From NCBI GenBank assembly GCA_951406725.2, contig OX597814.1, positions 59,644,001-59,708,000 of the forward strand: a stretch of DNA of 64,000 nucleotides, given 5' to 3'. Shown piece by piece: positions 15,189 through 28,040 of this stretch. Origin of the DNA: Octopus vulgaris. Lineage: Eukaryota. Both the position numbers and the translations under genes were made by a program. The notes below the pieces were generated by a model. It ran no database searches. It was not told the origin of the DNA and saw only the letters and a program-made list of their open reading frames with translations. Position 1 is the first letter of the stretch, and the number at the start of each line of letters is the position of its first letter.

Positions 15189-15394
15189 TGCATGCAAATA
15201 GATTAGCTGTATCGATATTGTATCGGACAAAATTCCTGATGAGTGATTTCAAACTCCTACCAGTTTCGATTAATTAATGTACCATTCAAGTCCTGGGGTC
15301 ATTATAAACGAGTATTTCTCTTTCTCAAATTTCAGGCATTGTGTAAGAAACAGAAATTATTGCAATTTAAGGTGGGACGTGACAGAACGGTTAC

Positions 15395-15580
15395 TACAAC
15401 GGAAGAAATATTTAGTGGCATTTCGTCTGTCTTTACGTTCTGATTTCAAATCACGTCGAGGTTCACATTCGCCTTTCATCATTTCGGGGTGGATTGAATA
15501 AGGAACGTTTGAGTACTGGCGTCGATCTATCCGACTTTCCCCTCCTACAAAATTGCTAACCTTCTGGCAAAATTAGGACC

Positions 15581-15582
<2 letters not shown>
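15395..15582 (+). mobile_element. SINE family A, degenerate
   Basis: gcatttcgtctgtctttacgttctgatttcaaat...gcctttcatc.tttcgggg shared core, ending in (ATT)n. Confidence 0.7.
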
Positions 15583-15662
<80 letters not shown>

Positions 15663-15665
<3 letters not shown>

Positions 15666-17659
15666 TAGTTTTATTTTTATAGCGTGCTTTCACTTCACTA
15701 CCGAGCGCAGTGTGCCTTGGGTATGTGCTGTGATTTGTTGTGATGCTCTGATGGTTATTGTATGGAAAGTGTTCTGCGTAGGATGTGTGCAGTGCCTAGT
15801 AGTGCAATTTTCTGTATGTTATATCTGTTTGTAAGTCCTGGTGTTTTTGTTATGTATTTGTCTGAATATTTTTTTATCATGCCTAATGCACCTACTATGA
15901 TAGGAATTGTTTCTGTTTTCAGGTTCCACATTCTAGTTACCTCTATTTCCAGGTCTTTGTATTTTGAGAGTTTCTCCATTTCTTTTAGAGACACGTTGTC
16001 ATCTGCCGGTATTGATACATCTATTAGAAAGCATTTTTTTCTTCATGATCTCTGACAACTATATCTGGTCTGTTGGCCTTAATTTCTCTATCTGTGTGTA
16101 TCGGCATATCCCAGAGTATGGTTGCTTTCTCGTTTTCTGTGACCTTTTCTGGTGTGTGCCTATACCATCTTTTTTCTGTTGTTATTCCATAATGTTGGCA
16201 TAGCTTCCAATGTATGTAGGTTCCAACTCTGTCATGTCTGTGAATATATTCCTTCTTAGCCAGGACTGGGCAGCTAGAGATAATATGATTTATTGTTTCT
16301 TGTCCATCTCCACATTCTGCAGTTACTTGTAATATTTCTTTTCATTACATGTTTTTGGTAATTTCTGGTGGGGAGGCTTTGGTCTTGTGCTGCAATTAAA
16401 AATCCCTCTGTTTCTGCTTTGAGTCCTGAGCTTCTCAACCATTGCTGGGATTTTTCTTTGTCTATTTCTTTTGCGTTTAGTTTAGTCCAGTATTTACCAT
16501 GAAGGGGCTTTTCTTGCCATCGTTTTATCATGGCTCGTTGGTGTTCTATTTTTAGTTTGGATTTCATTTGTTTTATAGCTTTTGTTGTTTCTTCATCATC
16601 TTCTTCTTCTTTATGTTTATTAGGTGGTATGATTTCTTGTTTGTATTTGTCAGCTTCCTTAAATACTGAGAACAGTTTTTTGTTTTGCTCGTGTTTTGCT
16701 GCTATCTGGATCAGTTTTCCTTCCTTCTGAAGTAGGTATTTTTGCAGTCCTATGGTGGTTATTTTATAGTAGTTTTCCAGCTGTATAAGGCCTCTACCAC
16801 CTTCTATACGTTGTATATATAGTCTTTCTATGTCAGATTTTGGGTGATGCATCCTAGATCCTGTCAGTATTTTTCTTGTTTTCCTATCTATTTTGGACAG
16901 TTCATTTCGTGTCCAGTTAAGGATATTGTAGCTGTAACTTATAACTGGGACAGCTAAAGTGTTGATACCTATTATCTTGTTTTTAGCATTGAGCTCTGTT
17001 TTTAGTATTGATCTAACTCGTCTATAATATTCTTTTTTTATTTTCTCTTTCATTTGTGTGTGTTGTGTCTTATCTAGTTCATGGATTCCTAAGTATTTGT
17101 AAGTTTGGCTTTGGTCTAATTCTTTTATTTCATTGGTTTTATCTAGTGTGATGTTGTTACTCTTAACTAGTTTTCCTCTATTCATGGTTACTTTGGCGCA
17201 TTTTTCTAATCCAAATTTCATATCCATTTCTTTGGTAAATCCATGAACTGTCTTTAATAGTGTTTCCAGCTGTTTGTCATTTGCAGCGTATAGTTTTAGG
17301 TCATCCATATATAAAAGGTGGCTGATCGTTTTGCCGTAATATTTATATCCGCATCCAGTTCTATTTAGCATATCAGATAGAGGTGACAGTGCCAAGCAGA
17401 AAAGGAGTGGAGAGAGCGTGTCTCCCTGGAATATTCCTCTTCTAATGGGGATGTCTTTGGTTTTCATGAGTCCCTCTATTGTTTGGAGGTGTAGGACTGT
17501 TTGCCATTTATTCATAGAGTGCTCTATGAATTTTATGATTGTTGGTGCTACTTTGTTAATGGCTAGTGTTTCGAGGATCCATGTGTGGGGGATGCTATCA
17601 AACGCCTTTTTGTAGTCAATCCAGGCCATACTGAGGCCTTTCTTCTTTCTGTGGCTGTC

Positions 17660-17660
<1 letters not shown>
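15663..17660 (-). mobile_element. 5'-truncated R4/Dong-clade LINE inserted in a (TAA)n microsatellite
   Basis: Flanked on both sides by long (ATT)n arrays (15583-15662 and 17661-17800); RT, CCHC and RLE coding region plus a ~90-bp 3' UTR. Confidence 0.92.
15755..17659 (-). pseudogene. Reverse transcriptase / CCHC zinc knuckle / restriction-like endonuclease ORF with two frameshifts
   Basis: ORF 16274-17629 has WIDYKKAFDS, GIFQGDTLSPLLF, HLLYMDDLKLY and YKYLG. After a shift near 16312: CR-CGDGQETINHIISSC...RHD...RPDIVV. After a -1 shift in an A run near 16035: LIDVSIP...KLSKYKDL...TAHILRRTL*. Confidence 0.9.
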
Positions 17661-17756
<96 letters not shown>

Positions 17757-17808
17757 CATTATTATTATTATTATCATCATTATTATCATCATCATCATTA
17801 TTCTTATT

Positions 17809-18203
17809 AAAGTCGGCGAGCTGGCAGAAACGTTAGCACGCCGGGCGAAATGCGTAGCCGTGTTTCGTCTGCCGCTACGTTCTTGTTCAAATTCCACCGA
17901 GGTCGACTTTGTCTTTCATCCTTTCAGGGTCGATTAAATAAGTACCAGTTACGCACTGGGGTCGATATAATCGACTGAATCCGTTTATCTGTCCTTGTTT
18001 GTCCTTTCTGTCTTTAGCCCCTTGTGGGTAGTAAAGAAATAGGTATTTCGTCTGCCGCTACGTTCTGAGTTCAAATTTCGTCGAGATTGACTTCGCCTTT
18101 CATCCTTTCGGGGTCGTTTAATAATTCCATTTTTACACTGGGGTCGATGTAATCGAGTTAAACCCTTCCCGAAATTTGAGGCCTTAGGCTTCCAGTAGAA
18201 AGG
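17809..18203 (+). mobile_element. SINE family A, internally duplicated (dimeric) copy
   Basis: ggcgagctggcagaaacgttagcacgccgggcgaaatgc head; the block tttcgtctgccgctacgttct...gtcgactt.gcctttcatcctttc..ggtcg...ctggggtcgat occurs twice. Confidence 0.88.
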
Positions 18204-18234
18204 ATTATTATTATTATTTATTATTATTATTATT

Positions 18235-18745
18235 GAGTGAGCAGTGCATGCTATCCAAGCGACACTGGGGTAAAATATACGAAGCCCAGTATACCCATCA
18301 TGATTACCCATCTGATAAGGGTACACTAGGCACATCAAGATAAACAGTGCATGACCTTGCAGGTGGGACCCAGTTAGAATTTTCTTCTCGTCGAGTAGCC
18401 TATCCCGCTCAAAAGGTCCCTGAATAACGATTGTTTACGGATGTTGAACGAACCACTCATGTTTCTAATGCTGAATTATGGAAACCTCTAAGAATTCCTT
18501 TCAACACACGGCTATGATGTTCCCCCACTACTTCTGCTTGTGATCAGAAATGCATATATCGTCAGCTACTAAGGGACATGGTCAACAGGTTAAGTTCAAA
18601 CAACTAACAAGCAAATCTGTGGTATTGAGTGGAATATTTGCTGTAGCCCATCATTTATACCAAGACAAAACAATGTACATGATAACACTTCCAATCAATT
18701 CAGATCAGAAGCCATAAGAGCCACTGTCTTGTACTGCATCAGGGC
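18235..18745 (-). mobile_element. Non-LTR retroposon 3' fragment, same family as 5363-5875
   Basis: Colinear homology to 5363-5875; bounded by (ATT)n and (CAT)n/(ATT)n arrays. Confidence 0.65.
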
Positions 18746-18770
18746 ATCATCATCATCATCATCATCATTA

Positions 18771-18840
<70 letters not shown>

Positions 18841-19176
18841 GGGTGTTTCTTCTTCTTTCAAATTTGCCTCCATTTCTTGCCGAATGTCTTCCCGACTCCT
18901 AGGGCAAAGAAACTCATAGTATACATTGCTAGGCCATTAAACTAAACTCACTAGTTCGTTCATTGTTTTTTGGATAGAAATAAAGTTAAATTAAAATGCA
19001 TGGGTAGTAATAATTCTCACATCGACAATGCTCTTCTCAATGCGTGTGATGTACCAGTTAAGACAATCTTTTGCACATCTTGCAGGGATGGTAAGCCAGG
19101 GATCATTCTCATATAATTTTCGGTTCCCTTCTTGATCATTCCTAGTGCTCCTACGCTCACTGGTATTGTAACCGCC

Positions 19177-19180
<4 letters not shown>
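18841..19180 (-). mobile_element. R4/Dong-clade LINE 3' end (distinct subfamily) in (TAA)n
   Basis: KAVTIPVSVGALGMIKKG...IPGLPSLQDVQKIVLTGTSHALRRALSM* plus a 3' UTR, flanked on both sides by (ATT)n. Confidence 0.85.
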
Positions 19181-19216
<36 letters not shown>

Positions 19217-19217
19217 G

Positions 19218-19254
<37 letters not shown>

Positions 19255-19264
19255 ATTATTATTA

Positions 19265-19322
<58 letters not shown>

Positions 19323-19326
19323 CATT

Positions 19327-19368
<42 letters not shown>

Positions 19369-19370
<2 letters not shown>

Positions 19371-19566
19371 GGCCGAGATCTGGTAGAATTGTTAGCACGC
19401 CGGACGAAATCTGCCGCTACTTTCTGATTTCCAATTCCACTTAGGCCAACATTGCCTTTCATCCTTTTGAGGTTGATAAATTAAGTACCAGTGAAATAGT
19501 GATGTCGATGTAATCGACTAATCCCTTCCCCCCAAATTTCAGTCCTTGTGCCTATAGTAATATGGA
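19369..19566 (+). mobile_element. SINE family A
   Basis: aaggccgagatctggtagaattgttagcacgccggacgaaat head and gcctttcatccttt..gg.tgataaattaagtaccag core. Confidence 0.8.
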
Positions 19567-20123
19567 TTATTATTTTTTTTCATCGCTTATCACGTGTACA
19601 CATCACTCTGTAAGTTTTGCTGTTATTTATATTGTTACACATTCTTATACATTATACATCGGCTATCGTTACTTAGCTAAACTAACCAGCTAACTAAGAA
19701 TAAATGATGGCAAACGAGAATTGAAAGGTGTAGTCTATCATCTAGAAAAGAGAACAGCCAATTCGTAAAAGGTAATGACTGCTGTAGCAGCAACAAGAAA
19801 AACATCAACAACAATAACACGCGTGAGCCTATGAAAGCTATCTTCCTTTGTTTTTTATCATCCCCTTTCAAATTGCATCAACAAAAGCAAACAATGAAGA
19901 AAGTGACAACACAAGCGAGAATAATGCCACCCCAACCACCACCTGTGGCAGCAGCAGGTCATCCACCACCAACAACAACAGTGTCACTAAAAGACAACAA
20001 TGAAAACGAGGGATGCAGATCCAGTCGAAAAGAATTCGACTTTGCGAGAGCGACAGGAAAAGTAAGAGAAGACATTTTTAGGAACGGAAATGAATTCAAG
20101 AGGGTGAAATGTATATTGGAGAA

Positions 20124-20268
20124 ATGATGGAAAAATTTGGTATTAAACATTCGTAGAACTGTCCAGCAAGTAATTAATTTGCGGGCAGTCCTATTAAATA
20201 GGACTGCCCGCAAATTAATTACTTGCTGGACAGTTCTACGAATGTTTAATACCAAATTTTTCCATCAT
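20124..20268. repeat. Perfect palindrome: 72-bp arms, 1-nt spacer at 20196
   Basis: 20124-20195 is the exact reverse complement of 20197-20268 (checked base by base). Confidence 0.97.
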
Positions 20269-20584
20269 ATTAGTAGATGTATCACAAATAACCACAAGAA
20301 CTACATAAATACATAAGAAATATACCACCTCCAAACTATATTGATATATGATGAATTACAGATATATTCCCACCAACAATGTAATGCATATAAACAACTG
20401 CGTGCGTTGAAATAAAAACACACGCATACAGAGATATAAATTTAAGTCAATACGTTTACATACTGTTATATATTCAATCTGTTATATTACTTTCCCCTAT
20501 CATAAATCATAATATAACAAAATATCCATAAAAAATAATATGCGTAATTGTAGATAATATAAATTTCCAAATATGTCGGTGATA

Positions 20585-20788
20585 TGGAAGTATCGTTAGT
20601 GCACCGGGCAAACTACTTTGCAACATTTCCCCGGTCTGTATGATCTGAGTTCAAATTCCGGCTGAGGTCAACTTTGCCTTTCAGTCTCTCTGGTTCGATA
20701 ACTTAAGCACGTGTTGAGCGCTGGAGTCCATGTAATCGACTAACCCGCTCGCCCAAAATTTCTGTCGTTGTAGCAAATTTAGAAACAA
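20585..20788 (+). mobile_element. SINE family A, degenerate
   Basis: ctgagttcaaattcc...gaggtcaactttgcctttca core. Confidence 0.7.
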
Positions 20789-21625
20789 ATATATATTCAA
20801 AAATACACCACAGTCTCAATGTTTTATTGAAATGCCTTCAAACTGTTAAAGATCGTTTGGATATGGGACAAATATAAAAAAAAATTGCCATCAATTTATT
20901 TGCATTATATGACAATTAACTAATCTTATATATCCTGTGTTACCTGTAGAAATCAATTCCGAATTCCGATTGCGAATTTAGTATATATGTTCTCTAACAT
21001 ATGCTATGAGGTAACTTTGTATTCCTAATGAGCTATTATTTTTATTATTTTATAGAATAATTATTATCATAATAGAATTAGCGTGAAACAATTTTATTAC
21101 AACACGCCCAAAGTTGCCTGGCAATAAGGATGCCATGCTAATCTATAACACTTGATTTGTCGTCACTTCAACCTAAAAGATGCAGAAATATCATCTGCTA
21201 TGTAACTTCTGTTTCGTTAAATGTTAAAGCAAAATATTAAAATTGAAGCCTGTAGTTTTGACTGATAATTATTTTCCCCGCTAATAATAGTAAGCTTTCT
21301 TTTGAATAAATGAGAACATGCCATACTGCACACGTATTTAATACGCATGTGTAAAGTATTCAATGGCTATTAACTATAAGTGAGCTCATCTGTCAGGTCG
21401 TCTTTTCCATACAGCAAAGGGTATAAAATCACCTTCCACACTCCTACTATTAAATGTAACAGTTTAGTTACCGGCTATCAGAATGTACTGGGCTGCATGT
21501 TACAATTAGCGCTCTCGAGCGAAATGACATGCACATATATAAATGCACACATACAAATAAACACACCTACACATATGCGTGTGCGTATGCCCAACTATTT
21601 ATCTATCTATCTATCTATTTATCTA

Positions 21626-21669
<44 letters not shown>

Positions 21670-22427
21670 TGTGTAGATTTTTATTGAGCAAGTTCCAACA
21701 ACCAAGGAGGTAAATTAATTTATTTCCCGCATAATAGATTTGGCTCAATCCGAAACATGATGACATATTGAAAAGAAGACATATTTATCAACACTGAAAT
21801 GTCATTAGCATATATCACCTTACACAGATGCACTTTACACATATCACTGAAGATATGCTACTTCTGTATGAGTTTAAAATTGAAATTAAGATTAATTCAG
21901 ATATTCTGCGTCAGACTATTGCCAGAATAAATTTGTAGATCGTTAACTAAATGTTTTTCAACAGCCGATTAATACGTCATAAATAATCACACTTTCACAA
22001 GCTAAAATATATTCTTTCCCCCTCTAGGCACAAGACTCGAAATTTAGATTGACTCCAGTACACAACTTGACCCCGAGAGAATGAAAGGCAAAGTCGACTT
22101 CGGAAGAATTTCCCCCAAAATTTCGCGCCTTGTGCCTAGAGTAGAAAACATTATTTTTTGTAAGTGCGGTGATTCTTCCAGGCATTGGTGATGGAATTTG
22201 CCGTTATCAATGCAACCTGAGATGTCAGCACTTTGTGTACCTTTGTTCTAGTCATTTACATTGTAGAGGAATAATGCATATATTGGAAATTGCAGGACAT
22301 ATGCATATATCATAAAGTCTATGTTCGTTTGTGGGAGTTGTAGATTTTTTATAGAACAATAGTTTAATAACGACATATTTTCATTACAAAGCTGTAAGAT
22401 TATTTTGTATCCCTTTTCTTTAACTCA

Positions 22428-22786
22428 TAGGTGTAGGCGTGGGTGTGTGGCGATAAGCTTGCTTCCCAACCACATGGTTCCGGTTTCAGTCCGACAACAC
22501 AGTACATTGGGCAAGTGTCTCCTACTACATCCACGGGTCGACCAAAGACTTGTGAGTGGATTTGGAAGGCGGAAACTGAAAGTCCGCCGTTGTGTGTGTG
22601 TATTTACGCGTGTGTGGTTTTGTTGCTATGTTTGCCCGCCCCCATCATCGATGTTGGTGTGTTTACGTCCCAACAACTTAGCGGTTCGGCATAAGAGACC
22701 GGTAGAATAAATACTAGGCTTACAAAGAATAAGTCCTGGGGTCAATTTCTTCGCCTAAAAATATCTTTAAAGCGATGCTTCAGCGT
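22428..22786 (+). mobile_element. SINE family B (CORE-type, OR2-like)
   Basis: tRNA-like head aggtgtaggcgtgggtgtgtggcgataagcttgcttcccaaccacatggttccggtttcagtcc, CORE-like ttgggcaagtgtc, internal (TG)n, tail ttagcggttcggc..aagagacc.gtagaataa. Confidence 0.8.
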
Positions 22787-22924
22787 TTAGAGAAGGGGAA
22801 AATTCTTTCGAACATGAATATTACGATGTTCATTCCAGAAGTGTTTTATTTTTTATTTTTAGTAGAAATAATTATAACTGAAGCAGATTATTGTAATTTT
22901 AGTATATCATTACGATACATCTAA

Positions 22925-23520
22925 TAAGGTGACCTGACAACTTTTGTTTTTCCAGGCTGAAGGAATGTAATAACACATGGAACACATCCTACTTATCACT
23001 GTTTCTGACTGTCGCTTCATTTTCTCAATGTCTTCCAACCAACTGCGCCTAAGTTCTCACTCAGCTTGAAGAAAAAGCAAAATTCACGGGGTGTAAGTTC
23101 TCTACAGCAGGGAGGGAGAGGGAAATTTTTGATGCACATCTCTATGAAGTAGATGGTTACCAGGATAGTCGTCAGTGTATAGCGGTACCACATCAATTTC
23201 AAACTGTATGGTTATAGACACAGGGCGATCTTTATCCAGTACATAGCGAATTTTCTCAGCTTTGATGTTCTATCGTCCTTCTCCATCCCACACCACTCAT
23301 TATCTCTCCCCTCCTCTCTACCGTCCTTGAACCTCTTATGCCAGTGAAGACTTTAATCCATAAGCATCCAGGATCATTTCAAAAATTTCTGTAGCGTGTT
23401 TTGCCAGTTTAATAAAAAAAAACTTTATTGCATAAGTGAGCTTCCAAACACCCGGACAGTTATCTGCAAATTAGTCAGCTGTGACAAGCAGTGTTGAAAA
23501 TGTGGTTACGACAGTCTCTT
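22925..23520 (-). mobile_element. Internally deleted mariner remnant
   Basis: Minus frames give ATEIFEMILDAYG, HWHKRFKDGREEGRDNE, then ILVTIYFIEMCIKNFPLPPCCRELTPREFCFFFKLSENL (a decayed PHPPYSPDLAPCDFWLFPKLK). Confidence 0.7.
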
Positions 23521-23899
23521 TAAATTTAAAATATGGACAGTTTAGGGTGTCAGTTTATTAGATATATAGTAATGCTAATCTAAACTTACATTAATCTCTG
23601 ACAGTCATAACTGCCACTCCAAAAATGTTTCAAAACGCCTGGAATGCACCTCGTATATGAGATTCCTATTATATAAGGTTTCATTTTCTGGTTATGAGCT
23701 GCAGATTCCTGAATTGTTTTTATGATATTAGTTTAATGTTGGCGTTTTGTTTACGCTTCCACATTCTTGGTTATCTTCGGAAAACAGTAGTGAATTTTCG
23801 TGGATATGTATCGAATGCTCTTTGGTTTCGTAAAAGATTACTATCATTTTGAGTTTATTTTAAATACTAATCTAAAGAATGCGAAATGATAGAATGTTG

Positions 23900-24430
23900 T
23901 TTCAGCTGTCGTTTACTAATTGAATCAGATATCTATTGCTTCATGATCAGCACGTCATCAAAAAATACCATAGTATTATTAGGATCTTTTAAGTTATCTA
24001 TCGTAGTTAACATTGCATCATCACACATATTGAGTCTCTGTTCCGTTCATCATGAGATGTAGGTCCGAAAGTGTAATGCTTAGATAGGATTTTGTGAACT
24101 GAATGTGTCCCAGGAAACATTGCTTAATCATTGACATCGAATTCCTATTCGGGGCTTATCTTTCTTTGTGAGGTAAGTGTAATCCTTGGTCACTGTCACA
24201 TTATTATTCCACATTTTCGAATTATTTGTTCGCTTTTTCATTCTTTAAGATTACCCTGATAATTATACTTAAATCACTTTAGTTATTCAGAAATATTCAC
24301 CATATTTGTAGAAAATGTCTATGTTGTTGTCGATCGTATTATCGCATATTTTCACTATGCTCTTACTGAGCAGCACAACTTGTTACAGTCTCTGATAATG
24401 CGTATCCAGGAATACACCATCCAACATGTA
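23900..24430 (-). pseudogene. Highly decayed LINE RT remnant (CR1/L2-like?)
   Basis: Only short motifs are legible: DGVFLD near 24420 and MVFFDDVLI near 23970, in the expected order and at plausible spacing for RT motifs. Confidence 0.35.
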
Positions 24431-25134
24431 GTTCTAAATTCAAAAGAATATTTCAAAATATGAAAACAAATATGGCTACTTCTAGTAGATCGAGCAACCA
24501 CGTTGACCCTACCAACTTATTTGTGTTGATAGTAATGGTGTGCGAATTTTTTTAATGCTGTATGTGTTTCCTGTTCATTTTCAATTAAAACTATATCTAT
24601 ACAGTATATAATGCTGTGGTGTTCAATATTACCCAAAATCCATTATTGCTTTCTGTTGAAAAATGTTTTTTAATACTACAATTTTTGTCTTTATTCTCCA
24701 GTCATATGAGTTTTAATTTGTAATTTAGTTTCATGCCGCAATAATTACGTTATTTTGGAGCGTTATTAATTTCTAATCCTTCCAGTTTGTATCTGCGTGT
24801 AGTTTCCTGTGGTTAGATCCCTCCAATTTGTTCATTTTCTAATTAATTCTTACAAGTTTTCTTTCACATGAATAATTCAAGAAATGTTATCATTGTTTCC
24901 ATGTATATTTCCTAAGATCGACATTCAGTGCAATTACCTGAGATTTTGACGCTGGAGTTTTAATGTGTATAGTAGAGTTAAGTGAAGTACGATTCAATAG
25001 AATTCAAACGTGACAACAGGCTAAAGTACACAGTGTTATTGATGATGGTTTTACCTCATTCCTTTTCCTAGCAATAAAATATATTGCAGACAGATTCTAA
25101 ACAGATTTATAAATCAGGCACACGCACATGTGCA

Positions 25135-25174
<40 letters not shown>

Positions 25175-25429
25175 CCCCCACACACAGACACCCCCCACAC
25201 ACACATACTAATAGTTTGTTATCTGGAATTATTTTCCGAGTATCTGCATGTCAAACGTTGTGCATTTATCAAACATTTTTAAATAAACATTTTATTGACT
25301 AATATATATATCAATAACCATAAGAAATTATATTTACGTTTTTCCTTCACACAAATGGTTTCATTTAAACATTACATATACGGCAGGATAAAAAAACAGA
25401 AATCTTGATAAATGTTGTAATATTTTAGG

Positions 25430-25820
25430 AAATAGACGGTGAAAAAGCTTAGCTGCATTTCGTCCGTCTTTACATTGAGTTCAAATTCCATCAAGTTCGA
25501 TCTGGTTTTTTATCCCTTCTGGGTCAATACAATAAGTACCAGTTGTGTGCTGGGGTCAATATAATTGCCTTACCCACTTCCCCGAAATTGCTGGCCTAGT
25601 GTCAAAATTCGAAATTTTGAGTTAGCGAGCTCGTAGAATCGTTTGCACGCAAGTCAAAGTTCTTATCAGCATTTCGTTCGTTTTTATGCACTGAGATCGA
25701 AATGTGACTGTGTCGGCTTTGCCTTTCATCGTTTCGGTGTCGATAAAAAAAGAACAAATCGAGCACTGAGTCGATGTAATCGACTTCTCCCCTACCCCGA
25801 AATTGCTGATTTTGTGCAGG
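25430..25820 (+). mobile_element. Two adjacent degenerate SINE family A copies
   Basis: gcatttcgtccgtctttacattgagttcaaattcc (25456) and gtcggctttgcctttcatcgtttcggtgtcgataaa (25712). Confidence 0.7.
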
Positions 25821-27639
25821 TTATGTGAAGAAATGACTACGTTGCTGATTGTGTAAATAAATATACGCATTCACCCACATTCTGGTAGAGTACACTAATG
25901 CAATTAGCATAGATGCTGAAGGAACTGTAACATTTTCCACATACCTTTAGTTGTAGTGTTCGAGCAACAGAAATAAGACATATATATCTAGAACGAGAGT
26001 ACGGGACAATCGAATATTTCAGTAAATTAATAGATTACGCATTAAGAGCATCCTGCAAGATGCGCAATTATACGAGAAGGGACTGAACCAAATAAGGAAA
26101 TTCTGCAAGCCTTTCCGAAGCCTAATAGAACTATGCATATATCTATGTCATATGAAGAAGATATTTCCGATTGAACAGATGGAGTCGAAAAAAGATGTGT
26201 ACAAGGGATTCTTGTTTAAGAACACCTCCATGTACAAAAACCCACTGCAACACTTAAGTGAAATACGCAGGAATTATTTCCCATTCAGATCGAGATTTAG
26301 ATTTTTCCTGCTCAGCGTATGCAGAAATGCTGAAAGATTTGTGAGTGACACAAAGATTGAAAAAGGCAGATGGATAAGGTTTGGGGAAATAGCAAAGAAG
26401 AAACTTGTTGGATCTTGAACAAGAGAGGTGAAAACAAGTGAGGAAAATAATTGGTTATCACTATTGTTCAAACAAATTATGAATATTTTATTTTACAGTG
26501 GATATGCTCTAGGTAAGTTGGACACCGTCTGACGAATTTCGTTTTCTGATCAAAAATAATTATATACATTTGAGTGACTTTGCTGGCGTCTCTTGAACAT
26601 ATGTATCCAATAGATAAAAATATATACATATATATATACATATATACAAATACACACGCACACACATATTTTGTGCGTTTGAGGCTATCAGTGTTTCAGA
26701 GTTTTGGAGTGCTATTTATTATTTATCTATCTAGTGAGATATTTAACCTACGATGATATTAATTTTTCATATACTTGAGGCTTGGGTTCGTAACAACTAC
26801 AATAGAAATTTTAAATTGCTAGTACAAATATTTAACATTAGGCATACATATTTCGTGCTTTGCATGTCGTATCTATTAAGCATGTACATATAATTTTATG
26901 CATCTCTTCATCTTCAATTGGACATGTCTTTTATGAATTCATGTCCATTTTTTCAGAACACACTGTAAACCAAAACTAAAATAGTTAAATAGTATAAAAC
27001 CTCACTGTTAGCATGAAAATAACGTCATAAATACATTTTTCTATACTAATTACCTAAAAAATATAGATTTCACAGACGAACTGCTTCATTTTTTTTCTTT
27101 TTTTGATTGTTCATCAGAGAAAATGGACCCTGCTTCTTTCCCCCAATGAACAGCATAGATCAGCTGCTTATAATTTAGTGCTGAATTATGATAGCTCCAT
27201 GAGGGATTCTATAAATTTTGTATTTATCATTTTGACGGTTCGTTATTGAATTTTTTTCTCAAAAGCGTGAATATGCAATCAAACAGGCGACTAGTCTAAT
27301 TCCTGCCTGCTTTTTAAATAACTGACTTTCAGTTAATTGGGTTAATTCTGGGTTTATGTTACTTAAGGAGCGCTCAAAATCCATGTGGTAGTCCGTGAGG
27401 AAACTCACTATTTTTTTTTGTTTTGTTTTCCACAACAAAAGGGTTCAAATAATGTTGTTATATTCTAATTTGTATTTAACTGAACATGAGGTATAATATA
27501 TTTCAGTTCTTTGAATTATTGCGCATAAATAGACATTGTTTAATAACTAAGAAACCAGCAACAGCACTAATTCGCAAATTAGGCTATCCATCAAGGTGCT
27601 TATCTTATAAGCAGCTTATCTGGTCTCTTGATTAAGGAG

Positions 27640-28040
27640 GGAAGTTCATTGTTTTGAAGTTGTATTCTATGACTGGGATTTTAGATTATATATATGCTTA
27701 CTATCTTGTTTCTATCAGTGACTTAATTATTTAATAATAGCAATACGCTTTCTTTAATTCTTCTCTCTCCTATCCGAGCATTGTATTTCATCAATTTTCT
27801 TTCAAGTCTAATTGTCTGAGTTCACTTCATCTAATTTAATATTCTCCCTTTTATATAATCTGTTACTTTTTATAGTAACTTTGACACCTTCGACTAATTC
27901 CTTAGACGTCTTAATATCTTAGCTGAATTCATTTTACTTTTATTTTCCAAGTAACGAATTTCAAGTCATTCATATGATTTATAGCTGGTTTGTGTCATCC
28001 GCATCTAATTGGTACCTTTGTTCAACACATTTATTAAGGG
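27640..28040 (-). pseudogene. Decayed R4/Dong-like RT fragment
   Basis: Minus frames show HMNDLKF (YMDDLKL-like) followed by DIKTSKELVEGVKVTIKSNRLYKRENIKLDE, colinear with EMDMKFGLEKCAKVTMNRGKLVKSNNITLD of the 16-17 kb element. Confidence 0.5.

Noticed and set aside
26152-26418. 88-aa ORF
   Set aside because: No recognisable motif or splice context; it may be decayed LINE sequence.
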